57,396 bases of DNA from positions 1 through 57,396 of the forward strand of contig JAAYOY010000090.1 in assembly GCA_012520035.1 (NCBI GenBank). The letters run 5' to 3'. Under the pieces are notes generated by a model, which had not been told where the DNA came from, ran no database searches, and saw only the letters and a program-made list of their open reading frames with translations. Both the position numbers and the translations under genes were made by a program. The DNA comes from Bacillota bacterium (lineage in GTDB: Bacteria > Bacillota > Dethiobacteria > DTU022 > UBA8154). Each line of letters starts with the position of its first letter. Position 1 is the stretch's first letter. Positions 26,041 through 36,419 of this stretch are shown here, in pieces.

Positions 26041-27195
26041 TTACCTCCCAAAAATGGCCACATTGCCGTATATTCCAACGCCGCCAATATTATGCACCAG
26101 GCCGATCTCTGCGCCCGGCACCTGTATCTCACCGGCCTCTCCACGTAATTGCAATACAATGGTACGCACCTGTGAACCACCGGTAGCTCCGATAGGATGA
26201 CCTTTAGACAGAAGGCCGCCGTCAACATTTACGGGAATCTTACCTTCCAGGTAAGTTTCCCCTTCCCGAATAAGCTCCGCTCCTTTGCCGGGCTCAGCAA
26301 AACCAAGGTTCTCGTAAGCCATCATCTCGGCAATAGTAAAACAATCGTGAACCTCTGCCACATCAATATCCTGGGGACCTACTCCGGCCATCTTATAAGC
26401 CTCCTGGGCAGCCACCCGGGCACAGTTAAGGCCATCCAATGCATCCCTGCCCGTCATCGTCAATGAAGCTGTTCCTGAACCCAGACCCAAAATCCATACC
26501 GGTTTTTTAGATATTTCCTTAGCTCTATCTGCGCTGGCCAGAATCATACAGGAAGAACCGTCCGCATTCGCGCAACAATCAAATTTTTTTAACGGACTGG
26601 CAATGTACTCGGATTCTAAACATTGTTCCAGGGTTAGCTGTTTGCGGTAGACTGCTTTTTCATTAAGTGTACCATACTTGGTAGCCTTAACTCTAATTAA
26701 CGCCAGATCCTTTTCCGTCGTGCCATACCGGGCAAAATGTGCACGGGCATGCATCGCATAATAAGCAGGCATCATTGTCCCAAAAGGCGATTCCCACATA
26801 ATATCCGCTCCGCGCCCCATACGTTCCTGAGAATCTGCGGAAGTAATTTCAGACATCTTTTGGAAACCCAGCACAACAACGATGTCGTGTAACCCTGATT
26901 TGATAAGTGCATAGGCAGCTCTTAAGCCGCTGGTGCTTGAAGAACAAACTGACTCCAATGCAAAAGTAGGTTGTGGGTTTAAACCCAGGTATTCCGCCAT
27001 AAGACCCGCAGGGCTGCGTTGTTTATCATACTCCGGCGCCGAGCAAATTATTGAAGCGCCAACATCCCTGTTTGTTATTCCCGCATCTTTCATCGCTTCA
27101 CTGTAAGCTTCAAAAGCTAATTCTCTGATAGAACCTTCATAATTTCTCACGAAAGCACTCTGGCCTACTCCAATAATGGCCACATCTTTTGGCAT
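26041..27195 (-). CDS. Thiolase-like (SCP-x/BbsB-type) acetyl-CoA C-acyltransferase family protein
   Basis: Start trimmed to ATG 27195 (MPKDVAIIGVGQSAF...). ...ESVCSSSTSGL (active-site Cys), ...EVHDCFT..., ...GHPIGATG.... Confidence 0.85.
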   Translation of the reverse strand: MPKDVAIIGVGQSAFVRNYEGSIRELAFEAYSEAMKDAGITNRDVGASIICSAPEYDKQRSPAGLMAEYLGLNPQPTFALESVCSSSTSGLRAAYALIKSGLHDIVVVLGFQKMSEITSADSQERMGRGADIMWESPFGTMMPAYYAMHARAHFARYGTTEKDLALIRVKATKYGTLNEKAVYRKQLTLEQCLESEYIASPLKKFDCCANADGSSCMILASADRAKEISKKPVWILGLGSGTASLTMTGRDALDGLNCARVAAQEAYKMAGVGPQDIDVAEVHDCFTIAEMMAYENLGFAEPGKGAELIREGETYLEGKIPVNVDGGLLSKGHPIGATGGSQVRTIVLQLRGEAGEIQVPGAEIGLVHNIGGVGIYGNVAIFGR

Positions 27196-27227
27196 ATTGT
27201 TCCCTCCCACAAAATGTATATTCTCTC

Positions 27228-27974
27228 CTAGGGCATAATCAATCCGCCATCGATACAAATCGTCTGGCCGGTTATAAAACTTGATTCATCCGAGGCTAAA
27301 AAGACAACCGCAGGCGCTATTTCTTCTGGTTTGGCAAAGCGGCCTAAAGGAATACGTTCCAGATATTTTTCTTTAAATTTTGGATCGTGCGCAATTTTTT
27401 GCGTCATATCAGTTTCAGCCATCGGTGAAATAGTATTCACCCGTATAGAATACCTGGCCAGTTCTCTAGCGGCGGACTTGGATAAGGCATATATGCCTCC
27501 CTTGGCTGCGGTGTAGTTTGCCTGCCCGATCGTTCCATTCAGGCCGGCAGAAGAAGTCACATTGATTATAGAACCAGACCTCTGCTCCATCATCGGTTTT
27601 GCTACTGCTTGAATACAGTAAAAGGTTCCGCTTAGATTTATCCTGATAACATCTTCCCACTGTTCTTCTGTTGTATTCCAGAGCATAACAGGCTTGCTGA
27701 CCCCAGCATTGTTAAACAGTACGTCAATCCGACCAAAATATTCCAGAGCTTCGTCAACCATTTCAAATACTTGTGCCCTGTTGCCCACATCTACCTGCTT
27801 CACAAATACCCGGCGGCCAAGATTTTTAACCTCCTGCACCAGAGGAGCGTCAGGCTGGATGCTTCGGCTAACCAGTACAAGATCGGCTCCCTCCCTGGCC
27901 AGCGCCAGGGCTACCGACTCGCCGATACCTTTCCGCGCACCGGTTACAATAATAACCTTGTCCTTTAACCGCAT
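27228..27974 (-). CDS. Short-chain dehydrogenase/reductase (FabG-like 3-hydroxyacyl/3-oxoacyl reductase)
   Basis: Start at ATG 27974 ([18 protein letters not shown]). NNAG, S...YTAAK catalytic triad pattern. Confidence 0.85.
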   Translation of the reverse strand: MRLKDKVIIVTGARKGIGESVALALAREGADLVLVSRSIQPDAPLVQEVKNLGRRVFVKQVDVGNRAQVFEMVDEALEYFGRIDVLFNNAGVSKPVMLWNTTEEQWEDVIRINLSGTFYCIQAVAKPMMEQRSGSIINVTSSAGLNGTIGQANYTAAKGGIYALSKSAARELARYSIRVNTISPMAETDMTQKIAHDPKFKEKYLERIPLGRFAKPEEIAPAVVFLASDESSFITGQTICIDGGLIMP

Positions 27975-28156
27975 GTAATCACCTCTCATTATTATATTTT
28001 TTTACAATCTCAAACTATATTTTCGGCAAGGATTTAGAAAACTCCTTCTTTTGTTATTAAAGTGTTATGAAACACAAGCCTTATTTTAGGAAAAAAAAAT
28101 GCAATACAGCTTAATGACAAAAAGAATTCACCTGCAGTAGTTTTTTCTAAAAAGCC

Positions 28157-28702
28157 TTACCCGGTAATTACATCCTTTATATCTAATTGAACCAGTCCTT
28201 TAAAACACCGGGGAGGCAGCTTAATATAAACACCGGTAGCATAATCCATGTACTTGCTCATTTCCAAAGTTATCTCTCCCGCGTCTTTGGCCGGTACACC
28301 TATGTACAGTCTCCCTGGCGCAATAATTGTCCCGGCGGTTACAAGGGCTCCTGCTCCGATGCAGCTACCGGCCCCAATTCTGACATTATCCATAATAATA
28401 GCGCCCATTCCAATTTCAACGTGCTCCTCCAGAACAGGCCCGTGTAAAATAGCACCATGGCCCACATGACTCCTTTCGGCAAGCAAAGTAACGGCATCAG
28501 GAGCAGAATGAATAATGCAATTTTCCTGGATATTGGAATTAGCGCCTATAACAATTGCTCCCCAGTCGCCTCTAATCCGCGCACCCGGGCCGATGTAACA
28601 ACCTTCACCGATAACAACATCTCCAATGATCGTTGCCTCAGGATAAACAAAAGCACTGGCTGCAATCCTTGGCCTCTTTCCTTCAAATTCATAAACCGGC
28701 AT
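28157..28702 (-). CDS. Gamma-carbonic-anhydrase-like / PaaY-CaiE hexapeptide-repeat protein
   Basis: 181 aa. FEGKRPRIAASAFVYPEATIIGDVVIGEGCYIGPGARIRGD... left-handed beta-helix repeats. Confidence 0.8.
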   Translation of the reverse strand: MPVYEFEGKRPRIAASAFVYPEATIIGDVVIGEGCYIGPGARIRGDWGAIVIGANSNIQENCIIHSAPDAVTLLAERSHVGHGAILHGPVLEEHVEIGMGAIIMDNVRIGAGSCIGAGALVTAGTIIAPGRLYIGVPAKDAGEITLEMSKYMDYATGVYIKLPPRCFKGLVQLDIKDVITG

Positions 28703-28732
28703 TACTATAACATCCTTTCGATATTAATACCA

Positions 28733-28762
28733 ATATAAAAAGAACACCCGTTTAGGTGTTCT
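28733..28762 (-). terminator. Intrinsic terminator after tsf
   Basis: AGAACACC-N6-GGTGTTCT stem followed by a U-tract on the minus strand, 25 nt after the tsf stop. Confidence 0.75.
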
Positions 28763-28786
28763 TTTTATCAGAAAATAATAACTGCA

Positions 28787-29401
28787 TTAGGGAGTTTGTG
28801 AATAATCCAGACCCTCTCCCATTTCATAACGCACAAACCGGCGTATAACAATATTTTCTCCAATTTTGCCTATAAGCTCTGTTAACAGATCTTTTATTGT
28901 TTTGTCCTGATCTTTGATAAACTCCTGGTCAAGAAGGCAATTTTCAGTGTAGAATTTTTCCATCCTGCCTGTTACAATTTTTTCTACGATCTTCTCAGGC
29001 TTCCCTTCAGCAAGCGCCTGTTTTGTCAAAATTTCCTTCTCTTTTTCTATTACCTCCGGCGGAACCTCTTCACGTTTGAGGTAAGATGGATTTGTTGCAG
29101 CCACCTGCAGACAAATATCCTTCACAAATGCCCTGAAATCTTCGTTCCGTGCGACAAAATCCGTCTCGCAGTTAACTTCAACGAGAACCCCAACTTTACC
29201 CCCCAGGTGAATATAAGACTCAATCACACCCTGAGCGGCTATACGGCCTGCCCTTTTTGCCGCAACTGAAAGGCCTTTTTCGCGAAGCAGCTCCTTCGCT
29301 TTTTCTATATCTCCTCCGGCTTCGATAAGAGCTTTTTTACAATCCATCATACCGACACCGGTTAAAGCACGAAGTTCTTTTACCATTTCAGCGCTGATCA
29401 T
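28787..29401 (-). CDS. tsf: Translation elongation factor Ts (short form)
   Basis: [43 protein letters not shown]... is the canonical EF-Ts N-terminus. Directly downstream of rpsB. Confidence 0.95.
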   Translation of the reverse strand: MISAEMVKELRALTGVGMMDCKKALIEAGGDIEKAKELLREKGLSVAAKRAGRIAAQGVIESYIHLGGKVGVLVEVNCETDFVARNEDFRAFVKDICLQVAATNPSYLKREEVPPEVIEKEKEILTKQALAEGKPEKIVEKIVTGRMEKFYTENCLLDQEFIKDQDKTIKDLLTELIGKIGENIVIRRFVRYEMGEGLDYSQTP

Positions 29402-29435
29402 TTTCTAATCCTCCTAATAATAATATAATTATAAT

Positions 29436-30299
29436 CTATTCCCCTTCCGTTTCGGCTGCCTCTACCCCGGTCTCGATTACGTTATTCTCATTGAGCCCTT
29501 CTTCATCTATTTCATCTGATTCATCTGTTTCATTTTTGAAAATAATATCCTGCTCTTCAACTTTGGGTAATTCATTTTGTTTTTCTTCTTCGGCAGCTTC
29601 TTCCTGGGCAATTTGCAGGCCCTGCTTTCCTTCCAGAACCGCATCAGCAATTTTTGAAGTAATTAACTTAACAGCTCTGATAGCATCATCATTACCCGGG
29701 ATAATATAATCTATCTCATCAGGGTCACAATTTGTATCGACAATAGATACAATCGGTATCTCTAATTTACGAGCTTCTGCAATTGCAATTCTCTCTTTTC
29801 TTGGATCAACAACAAATACTGCACCGGGCAGTTCCTGCATGTCACGAATACCGCCCAAAAATTTAAGTAACTTGTCCTTTTCATGATTCAACTTGATAAC
29901 TTCTTTTTTAGGCAACAAAGCAAACCGGCCTTCTTCTTCCATTTGCTCCAGTTCAACTAGCCTGTTAATACGCTTACGTATTGTATTAAAATTTGTAAGC
30001 ATACCTCCAAGCCAGCGTTGGTTTACATACGGCATCTCACAGCGCACTGCTTCAGTTTCAATAGATTCCTGAGCCTGTTTTTTAGTCCCCACAAAAAGAA
30101 TCTTTTCTCCCTGCATGGTTATTTTTTTGACAAAAGCATAGACACCTTCCATGAGGCGAACTGTTTTTTGCAGGTCAATGATATAGATGCCGTTTCGCTC
30201 TGTAAAAATGTATTCCCTCATCTTAGGATTCCAACGCCTTGTCTGGTGTCCGAAATGGACTCCAGCTTCCAACAACTGCTTCATTGTTACTACAGACAT
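29436..30299 (-). CDS. rpsB: 30S ribosomal protein S2 with a ~50-aa acidic C-terminal extension
   Basis: [27 protein letters not shown]... The tail ...[11 protein letters not shown]...[10 protein letters not shown]...EAAETEGE is longer than a typical S2. Confidence 0.95.
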   Translation of the reverse strand: MSVVTMKQLLEAGVHFGHQTRRWNPKMREYIFTERNGIYIIDLQKTVRLMEGVYAFVKKITMQGEKILFVGTKKQAQESIETEAVRCEMPYVNQRWLGGMLTNFNTIRKRINRLVELEQMEEEGRFALLPKKEVIKLNHEKDKLLKFLGGIRDMQELPGAVFVVDPRKERIAIAEARKLEIPIVSIVDTNCDPDEIDYIIPGNDDAIRAVKLITSKIADAVLEGKQGLQIAQEEAAEEEKQNELPKVEEQDIIFKNETDESDEIDEEGLNENNVIETGVEAAETEGE

Positions 30300-30407
30300 A
30301 TTAAATGGTTCCTCCTTTTGGTTAGCCTCCGCCTGATCATTATTATAGAGAACTCATCAAGAGCACCTCTCTACAATTTTCACAGCGTGTGTATTTAAAC
30401 AATAAGT

Positions 30408-30436
30408 AGTATAACACAGCCTACAGAAAATGACAA
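30408..30436 (-). promoter_or_regulatory. Candidate sigma-A promoter for rpsB-tsf
   Basis: Minus strand TTGTCA (30436..30431), 17 nt, TATACT (30413..30408), about 110 nt upstream of the rpsB ATG. Confidence 0.5.
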
Positions 30437-30449
30437 GTAACAGAGAATA

Positions 30450-31013
30450 TTACTCCAGCCATACCCTGAGGGGAATAGAATAATGTTCTGTAAGCGGAAT
30501 CGATACCTTACGCCCATTTAAATCAATAAACAGCGAATTCAATACATCACCCGTTATACTGCTGCTTAACTCATTGACAAACTTCTCCTCCTCCAGCGTA
30601 TCTAGCAATTCATAAATGTAATAGGTAACATCATTACGCAGGTCTTTTTCCAGTTCTCCAATTAACTGCTCCGGGAGCTCAACGGTATAGCCACCTATCT
30701 CCAGGTCGCCGATTCTAATAAAATCCTCCTGTATATATTTTTCCACTAAAAATGGAACTTCAGAGCGAACCTCCTGTATAAAAGCCGGAAACTCTTCCTG
30801 TGTCTGACGGTCTACTTCATAACTAATCACATTAAAAATTTGTTCTTTGTTAAGATAAATATTAAGCCCATCCGAATTTAAATAAACAACGGAAAAAATG
30901 AATACAATACTAATTAGAATCCCAGTAAAGGCCCCACAACTGAAATAGAAAAAATATCCTGAGAATAATCTCTTTTTTTTCCTCAAACTAGCTTTTTTAT
31001 TATTTAATAACAT
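30450..31013 (-). CDS. Hypothetical single-pass membrane protein
   Basis: 187 aa. Basic N-terminus, one TM (FFYFSCGAFTGILISIVFIFSVVYL), acidic extracytoplasmic domain. No family recognised. Confidence 0.55.
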   Translation of the reverse strand: MLLNNKKASLRKKKRLFSGYFFYFSCGAFTGILISIVFIFSVVYLNSDGLNIYLNKEQIFNVISYEVDRQTQEEFPAFIQEVRSEVPFLVEKYIQEDFIRIGDLEIGGYTVELPEQLIGELEKDLRNDVTYYIYELLDTLEEEKFVNELSSSITGDVLNSLFIDLNGRKVSIPLTEHYSIPLRVWLE

Positions 31014-31084
31014 AAGTTCACCACCTTCATATTATACTAGACTGTCCGGCAGTAGTTTATGCCTGAAGATTTCAAGTACAAAAA

Positions 31085-31111
31085 CATAAAAAAACAGCCT
31101 TAACGGCTGTT
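31085..31111 (-). terminator. Intrinsic terminator after codY
   Basis: Minus strand AACAGCC-GTTAA-GGCTGTT followed by TTTTTAT, about 20 nt after the codY stop. Confidence 0.7.
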
Positions 31112-31131
31112 TCCAATAACGAATATTAAAT

Positions 31132-31932
31132 CTATCTATGGAATGGTTTTTTCTTCTTGGACAACTGTTCCAGCAGATAAGGGTTAAGCACTTTAATATA
31201 GGTGCCCTTCATACCAAGCGAACGCGATTCAATTACGCCTGCACTTTCAAACTTGCGTAAGGCATTGACAATAACTGATCTTGTTATTCCCAACTGGTCC
31301 GCAATCTTACTGGCAACGAGGAGCCCTTCATCACTGTCCAGCTCTTCAAAGATATGCTCAACCGCTTCCAACTCAGAATAAGAAAGCGTTCCGATTGCCA
31401 GCTGAACAACAGCTTTATTTCTGGCCTCTTCTTCAATTTTTTCAGCTCTTGAGCGCAAAATTTCCATACCGACTACTGTAGCCCCTGTTTCAGCCAGGAT
31501 TAAGTCTTCCGCATTAAAGGTTTCGGCAAAACGGGCCAAGAGTAAAGTCCCCAATCTTTTCCCTCCACCCATAATGGGCACGACCGTGACAATCTTGTTT
31601 GTAAAGAGACAGTTTTCCGTCTCTACAAAAACACAATCGTTTGTCTTCTGATGCAGATTTACTCTTGTTTCATCATCACGCAACAAAAAATTGTTATAAC
31701 GTTCCGGGAAAAACCCTGTTTTAAGAACCCGTGAGACCATTATTTCACATTCGAACTCATCTACCAATGCATAACCCAGTATTTTCCCTTCGCGATCAAC
31801 AAGATATGAATTGGCATGGATGACATTTTTTAATACTTCCGCTACTTCCGAGAAATCTACCCTTTGACCGGCAGTTTTCTGGAGAATTTTGTTGATACGG
31901 CGTGTCTTCTCTAGCAATGGAGAAGTAATCAA
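31132..31932 (-). CDS. codY: GTP/BCAA-sensing global transcriptional regulator CodY
   Basis: ...[13 protein letters not shown]... GAF domain, C-terminal wHTH ...[26 protein letters not shown]. Start uncertain: TTG 31932 is 5 nt after AGAGGTGA, while the ORF track gives GTG 31941. Confidence 0.9.
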   Translation of the reverse strand: MITSPLLEKTRRINKILQKTAGQRVDFSEVAEVLKNVIHANSYLVDREGKILGYALVDEFECEIMVSRVLKTGFFPERYNNFLLRDDETRVNLHQKTNDCVFVETENCLFTNKIVTVVPIMGGGKRLGTLLLARFAETFNAEDLILAETGATVVGMEILRSRAEKIEEEARNKAVVQLAIGTLSYSELEAVEHIFEELDSDEGLLVASKIADQLGITRSVIVNALRKFESAGVIESRSLGMKGTYIKVLNPYLLEQLSKKKKPFHR

Positions 31933-32007
31933 TACTATCACCTCTTTAAGTTGTTATTAAATGGGGAAAAGCAGATATACCAGTCTATCAAAATAGCTTT
32001 TCTGAAA

Positions 32008-33435
32008 TTATAAAATATATCTACTTAAATCTTTATTTTTAACAATATTTTTTAATTTATTCCTTACATATGCTCTATCTATAACAATTTTTTCTCCTTT
32101 TAAATCTGCTCCTTCGTAAGAAATATCTTCCAGCAATTTTTCCATGATGGTATGCAGGCGTCTTGCACCGATATTCTCCAAATCATCATTCAGAATGGAT
32201 GCAATATCAGCAATCTCCTCTACACCATCAGGTGAAAACATGACTATCACCCCCTCTGTCTCCAGCAAGGCTGAATATTGCTTGAGCAAGGCATTTTCAG
32301 GATCGGTTAAAATTTTTTTCAAGTCCTCTTTGGAGAGGCTTTGCAATTCAACCCTTATGGGAAATCTTCCCTGCAGTTCCGGAATAAGGTCTGAAGGTTT
32401 GGTAAAATGAAATGCTCCTGCCGCGATAAAAAGCATGTAATCAGTTTTAACCGGTCCGTATTTTGTCATCACGGTAGAACCTTCAACAATCGGAAGGATA
32501 TCCCGCTGTACTCCCTCCCTGGATACATAATGTCCAGCATGAGAAGTATCACTACCTGCGATCTTATCTATCTCATCTAAAAACACAATTCCCATCTGTT
32601 CGGCCCTTTCTATCGCCTCACTGATAACTTCATCCATATCAATGAGTTTTTCGCCTTCTTCCTGCTGCAAAATCCTCCTCGCCTGTTTCAAAGATACCCT
32701 TTTCTTTTTTTTCTTTGACGGGAACAGATTCCCAAACATATCCTGGATATTTGTGCTCATTTCTTCCATGCCCAGACCTGAAAAAACTTCAAACATAGGA
32801 GTAGAGCGATCTTCTACATCGATTTCAACAATATAATCCTCAAATTCGCCCCTTTTAAGCCTTTGCAATTTAATTTTTCGTTCTTCCACGGCCCGGGTAA
32901 TACCCTCACCATAATTATCTTGTTCATTTTTTAAGGAAAGATTTTTGTATTCCTCGGCAGTATGAAACAACAGGTTTAACGGGTTGGTTCCGGCTTTGGG
33001 CTTAACAGGCAAAGGAGCAATTAAATCCAGCAGCCTCGCTTCCGCCATTTCAGCTGCCTTAACCTCTACAATCTTCATTTTTTCAGACTTTACAATTCTA
33101 ATCGAGGTTTCGACGAGATCTCTTATAATGGAATCCACATCACGGCCAACATAACCGACTTCAGTGAATTTAGTGGCTTCAACCTTAATAAACGGGGCAT
33201 TAACCAAACGCGCTATTCTTCGAGCAATTTCAGTTTTGCCCACCCCGGTTGGGCCAATCATGATAATGTTCTTCGGTATCACTTCGTCTTTTATATTATC
33301 TTTTAATTTTTTCCTCCTGTATCTGTTGCGCAGTGCTATCGCTACACACTTTTTTGCCTCTTCTTGCCCGATTATATACTTATCCAGTTCCTGGACTATT
33401 CTTTTCGGTGTGAGTTCGGCTTCATAATCCACCAT
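32008..33435 (-). CDS. hslU: ATP-dependent protease ATPase subunit HslU
   Basis: [22 protein letters not shown]...[16 protein letters not shown] (Walker A)...[10 protein letters not shown] (Walker B). Confidence 0.95.
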   Translation of the reverse strand: MVDYEAELTPKRIVQELDKYIIGQEEAKKCVAIALRNRYRRKKLKDNIKDEVIPKNIIMIGPTGVGKTEIARRIARLVNAPFIKVEATKFTEVGYVGRDVDSIIRDLVETSIRIVKSEKMKIVEVKAAEMAEARLLDLIAPLPVKPKAGTNPLNLLFHTAEEYKNLSLKNEQDNYGEGITRAVEERKIKLQRLKRGEFEDYIVEIDVEDRSTPMFEVFSGLGMEEMSTNIQDMFGNLFPSKKKKKRVSLKQARRILQQEEGEKLIDMDEVISEAIERAEQMGIVFLDEIDKIAGSDTSHAGHYVSREGVQRDILPIVEGSTVMTKYGPVKTDYMLFIAAGAFHFTKPSDLIPELQGRFPIRVELQSLSKEDLKKILTDPENALLKQYSALLETEGVIVMFSPDGVEEIADIASILNDDLENIGARRLHTIMEKLLEDISYEGADLKGEKIVIDRAYVRNKLKNIVKNKDLSRYIL

Positions 33436-33519
33436 TAATCTGCAATAACACCTCCAGGGATTTAAAAAACAAGGATTCTAAAAAAAAACAAATATTTCAT
33501 TTTATTAGCAATCTGTTGA

Positions 33520-34050
33520 TTAAATTTCTTCAATCGAGATATGATCGTTTGTGTAAACACAAATCTCAGCAGCTATTAAAAGAGACCTGCGTACTATTTC
33601 CCCTACAGGAAGTTCTGTATTTCTAAGAAGAGCCCTTGCCGCAGCTAGAGCAAAAGCCCCGCCCGAACCGATAGCAGCAACTCCGTCATCAGGCTCAATC
33701 ACTTCACCTGTGCCTGAAATAAGAAGCAGTCCATCTTTTGCCGCTACGATGAGCAAGGCTTCTAATTTCCTTAAATAACGATCCGTTCGCCATTCCTTTG
33801 CCAATTCCACAGCGGCCCGACGCAAGTTTCCATGATAGTTTTCCAACTGTTTTTCAAACTTCTCAAAAAGGGTAAGGGCATCCGCCACCGAACCGGCAAA
33901 ACCTCCGATAACCGTGTTGTTATATAGCTTTCTCACCTTCCGGGCCTGATGTTTGATAGCAATATTTCCGGAGATTGTTACCTGCCCATCTCCAGCGATA
34001 GCGACTCTCTCACCCTTTTTTACAGCTATAATTGTTGTAGCATGAAACAA
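33520..34050 (-). CDS. hslV: ATP-dependent protease subunit HslV
   Basis: [24 protein letters not shown]... Start likely TTG 34050, giving M-FHATT with catalytic Thr (GGGG RBS 10 nt upstream). The ORF track extends to 34077. Confidence 0.9.
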   Translation of the reverse strand: MFHATTIIAVKKGERVAIAGDGQVTISGNIAIKHQARKVRKLYNNTVIGGFAGSVADALTLFEKFEKQLENYHGNLRRAAVELAKEWRTDRYLRKLEALLIVAAKDGLLLISGTGEVIEPDDGVAAIGSGGAFALAAARALLRNTELPVGEIVRRSLLIAAEICVYTNDHISIEEI

Positions 34051-34105
34051 TACAATTTTTCCCCTTTTAATTTCCAAAAAACAGAAAATCTTTTTATAAT
34101 TACAA

Positions 34106-35002
34106 TTATGCCCTTGGATGCGCCCGCATATAAGTCCTTTTCAACTCTTCCTTGGTTATATGCGTATAGATCTGGGTTGTTGAGACAGAAACATGACCCA
34201 GTAATTCCTGAACAACCCTCAGATCAGCCCCCGCATTCAAAAGATGGCTGGCAAAAGAATGCCGCAAAACGTGAGGCGACAAATTACAACTGCTGCTTAT
34301 TTCCAACCCATACTTATGCACCAGCCGCCTTATACCTCTTACCGACAACCTTTGTCCAAACCTGTTTAAAAACAATGCCGCGTTCTCATCTTTTACTTGA
34401 TTACATCTTTCCAGAAAAGGACGGCTTTTAGTCAAATATACAGCGAGCGCCTGTAGAGCATAAGAACCGAGAGGCAGTATTCTTTCCTTGGAGCCTTTAC
34501 CCTTTACTTTTAGATATCCATTTTCCGCATCAATTGAAGACACATCCAAACCCGCCAATTCGCCAACTCTAATACCTGTCCCATAAAGAACCTCTAAAAT
34601 AGCCTTATCCCGGAGGCCTGTATACGAAGTCCTCTCCGGTTTTTCCAACAAATCCAGCGCCTCATCTGCATAAAGAAACTTAGGAAGCTTCTTTTCTTTT
34701 TTGGGAATAGAAACAAGCTCCCAAGTATTGTTTTCTAAAAAACCCTGTATTTTTAAAAACCTCAGGAATGATCTGGTAGATGATATTTTCCTGGCAATAG
34801 TGCTGCGAGCATATTTCTGCTCTTTTAGAAGGGCTAGATATTCACGCATGGTTAAATGGCTTACTTTTTTCAGGGCAGATATATCGTTACCTAGAAATTC
34901 TAAAAACCTTCTGATATCCTTTTCATAGCTTTTCAGGGTCAATGGGGCAGAATTTTTCTCAATTTTCAAGGATTCTACAAAATCCTTTAAATATGTGTTC
35001 AT
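34106..35002 (-). CDS. xerC: Tyrosine recombinase XerC
   Basis: 298 aa. SAM-like N-domain, R...HxLRHSFA...LGH...Y catalytic motif. Conserved hslVU-xerC-trmFO-topA synteny. Confidence 0.9.
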   Translation of the reverse strand: MNTYLKDFVESLKIEKNSAPLTLKSYEKDIRRFLEFLGNDISALKKVSHLTMREYLALLKEQKYARSTIARKISSTRSFLRFLKIQGFLENNTWELVSIPKKEKKLPKFLYADEALDLLEKPERTSYTGLRDKAILEVLYGTGIRVGELAGLDVSSIDAENGYLKVKGKGSKERILPLGSYALQALAVYLTKSRPFLERCNQVKDENAALFLNRFGQRLSVRGIRRLVHKYGLEISSSCNLSPHVLRHSFASHLLNAGADLRVVQELLGHVSVSTTQIYTHITKEELKRTYMRAHPRA

Positions 35003-35042
35003 AACTTAGTCCTTCTATTTAATATTAGCATATTCAAATTGT

Positions 35043-36362
35043 TTATGCAAGCTGCTTATGGAATTTTTTTCGAAATCTCGACAAAATCTCTATACTGCGT
35101 TCAGCAAGTAACTGCTTTCTTTTTTGTTTCGAAGTTTTTACTGATAACCCGGGCAAAAGTCCATAATTTACATTCATCGGTTGAAAATTATGCGGATCTG
35201 CAGTTGTAATATATTTTGTTAGTCCTCCTATAGACGTTTCTTCGGGAAAAATGAGCATCTTATCCCCGTTCAAACGGCAAAAGGCATTAATACCCGCAAC
35301 CAACCCGGTGGCTGCTGATTCAACATACCCTTCCACTCCGGTTATCTGCCCGGCAAAGAAGATCCCCCGGCAATCTTTCATCTCTAAAGTCGGATGAAGT
35401 AGAAGCGGAGAATTAATAAAAATATTCCTGTGCATCACACCGTAGCGAACAAACTCTGCGTTTTCCAGTCCAGGTATCAAGGAAAAAATTCGTTTTTGTT
35501 CCGGCCATTTTAAGCGTGTTTGAAAACCTACCATATTGTAAAGCGTTCCTTCCCTGTTGTCTCTCCTCAACTGGACTACAGCATATGGCTGTTCACCTGA
35601 AGACGGCAGTGAGATGCCTACCGGTTTTAACGGTCCAAATCTTAAAGTATCCTTTCCTCTTTTTGCCAAAACCTCGATAGGCATGCACCCTTCAAAAAAG
35701 ATCTCTTTTTCAAATTCCTTCCTCTCAGCCACCTCTCCCTTGATCAGCTCGTCCCAAAACAACTCATATTCTTCCTTGTTCAGCGGACAGTTTAGATAGT
35801 CTTCCCCGCCCTTGTTGTAACGCGAAGAAAAAAAAGCCTTTTCCATATTAATAGACTCGTAAGTTAGAATGGGAGCAGCAGCATCAAAAAAATACAGCTT
35901 CCCCAATCCGGTTAATCTATCCAGGGCAGATGCCAGATCGGGTGAGGTGAGGGGCCCCGTAGCAATAATTACAGGCCTACTCTCCGGCAATTCTTTTAGC
36001 TCTTCATAAAATATATCGACCAGCGGATGATTCTGTAAAGTCCAGGTCACAAGACGGGCAAATTCTTCCCTGTCTACCGCCAGAGCACCGCCTGCAGGAA
36101 TGCGTGTCTCCAGGGCACACTTTATTATCAGCGAATCGAGCAAACGCATCTCTTCTTTAAGCAGCCCAACCGCATTATTTACTGAAATTGCCCGCAGAGA
36201 ATTGCTGCAAACCAGTTCTGCAAAATAAGCCCCATGATGTGCAGGTGTCATTTTCTTTGGCCTCATTTCAAAAAGCGACACCCTTACACCCCTCTTTGCC
36301 AGCTGCCAGACCGCCTCAGAACCGGCCAACCCGGCTCCAATTACTATTACTCTATCTGAGAT
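35043..36362 (-). CDS. trmFO: Methylenetetrahydrofolate--tRNA-(uracil54-C5)-methyltransferase TrmFO (Gid)
   Basis: ...[39 protein letters not shown]...ELVCSNSLR... The ORF-track TTG start at 36329 cuts the GxGxxG motif. The frame is open upstream to 36365 but has no ATG/GTG/TTG, so ATC at 36362 (8 nt after AGGAGG) is my best guess. Confidence 0.85.
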   Translation of the reverse strand: MSDRVIVIGAGLAGSEAVWQLAKRGVRVSLFEMRPKKMTPAHHGAYFAELVCSNSLRAISVNNAVGLLKEEMRLLDSLIIKCALETRIPAGGALAVDREEFARLVTWTLQNHPLVDIFYEELKELPESRPVIIATGPLTSPDLASALDRLTGLGKLYFFDAAAPILTYESINMEKAFFSSRYNKGGEDYLNCPLNKEEYELFWDELIKGEVAERKEFEKEIFFEGCMPIEVLAKRGKDTLRFGPLKPVGISLPSSGEQPYAVVQLRRDNREGTLYNMVGFQTRLKWPEQKRIFSLIPGLENAEFVRYGVMHRNIFINSPLLLHPTLEMKDCRGIFFAGQITGVEGYVESAATGLVAGINAFCRLNGDKMLIFPEETSIGGLTKYITTADPHNFQPMNVNYGLLPGLSVKTSKQKRKQLLAERSIEILSRFRKKFHKQLA

Positions 36363-36419
36363 AAGACATTCCTCCTAAATAATTCCCATCTAAAAGTTAT
36401 AAATGGACAACCTGCTTTT

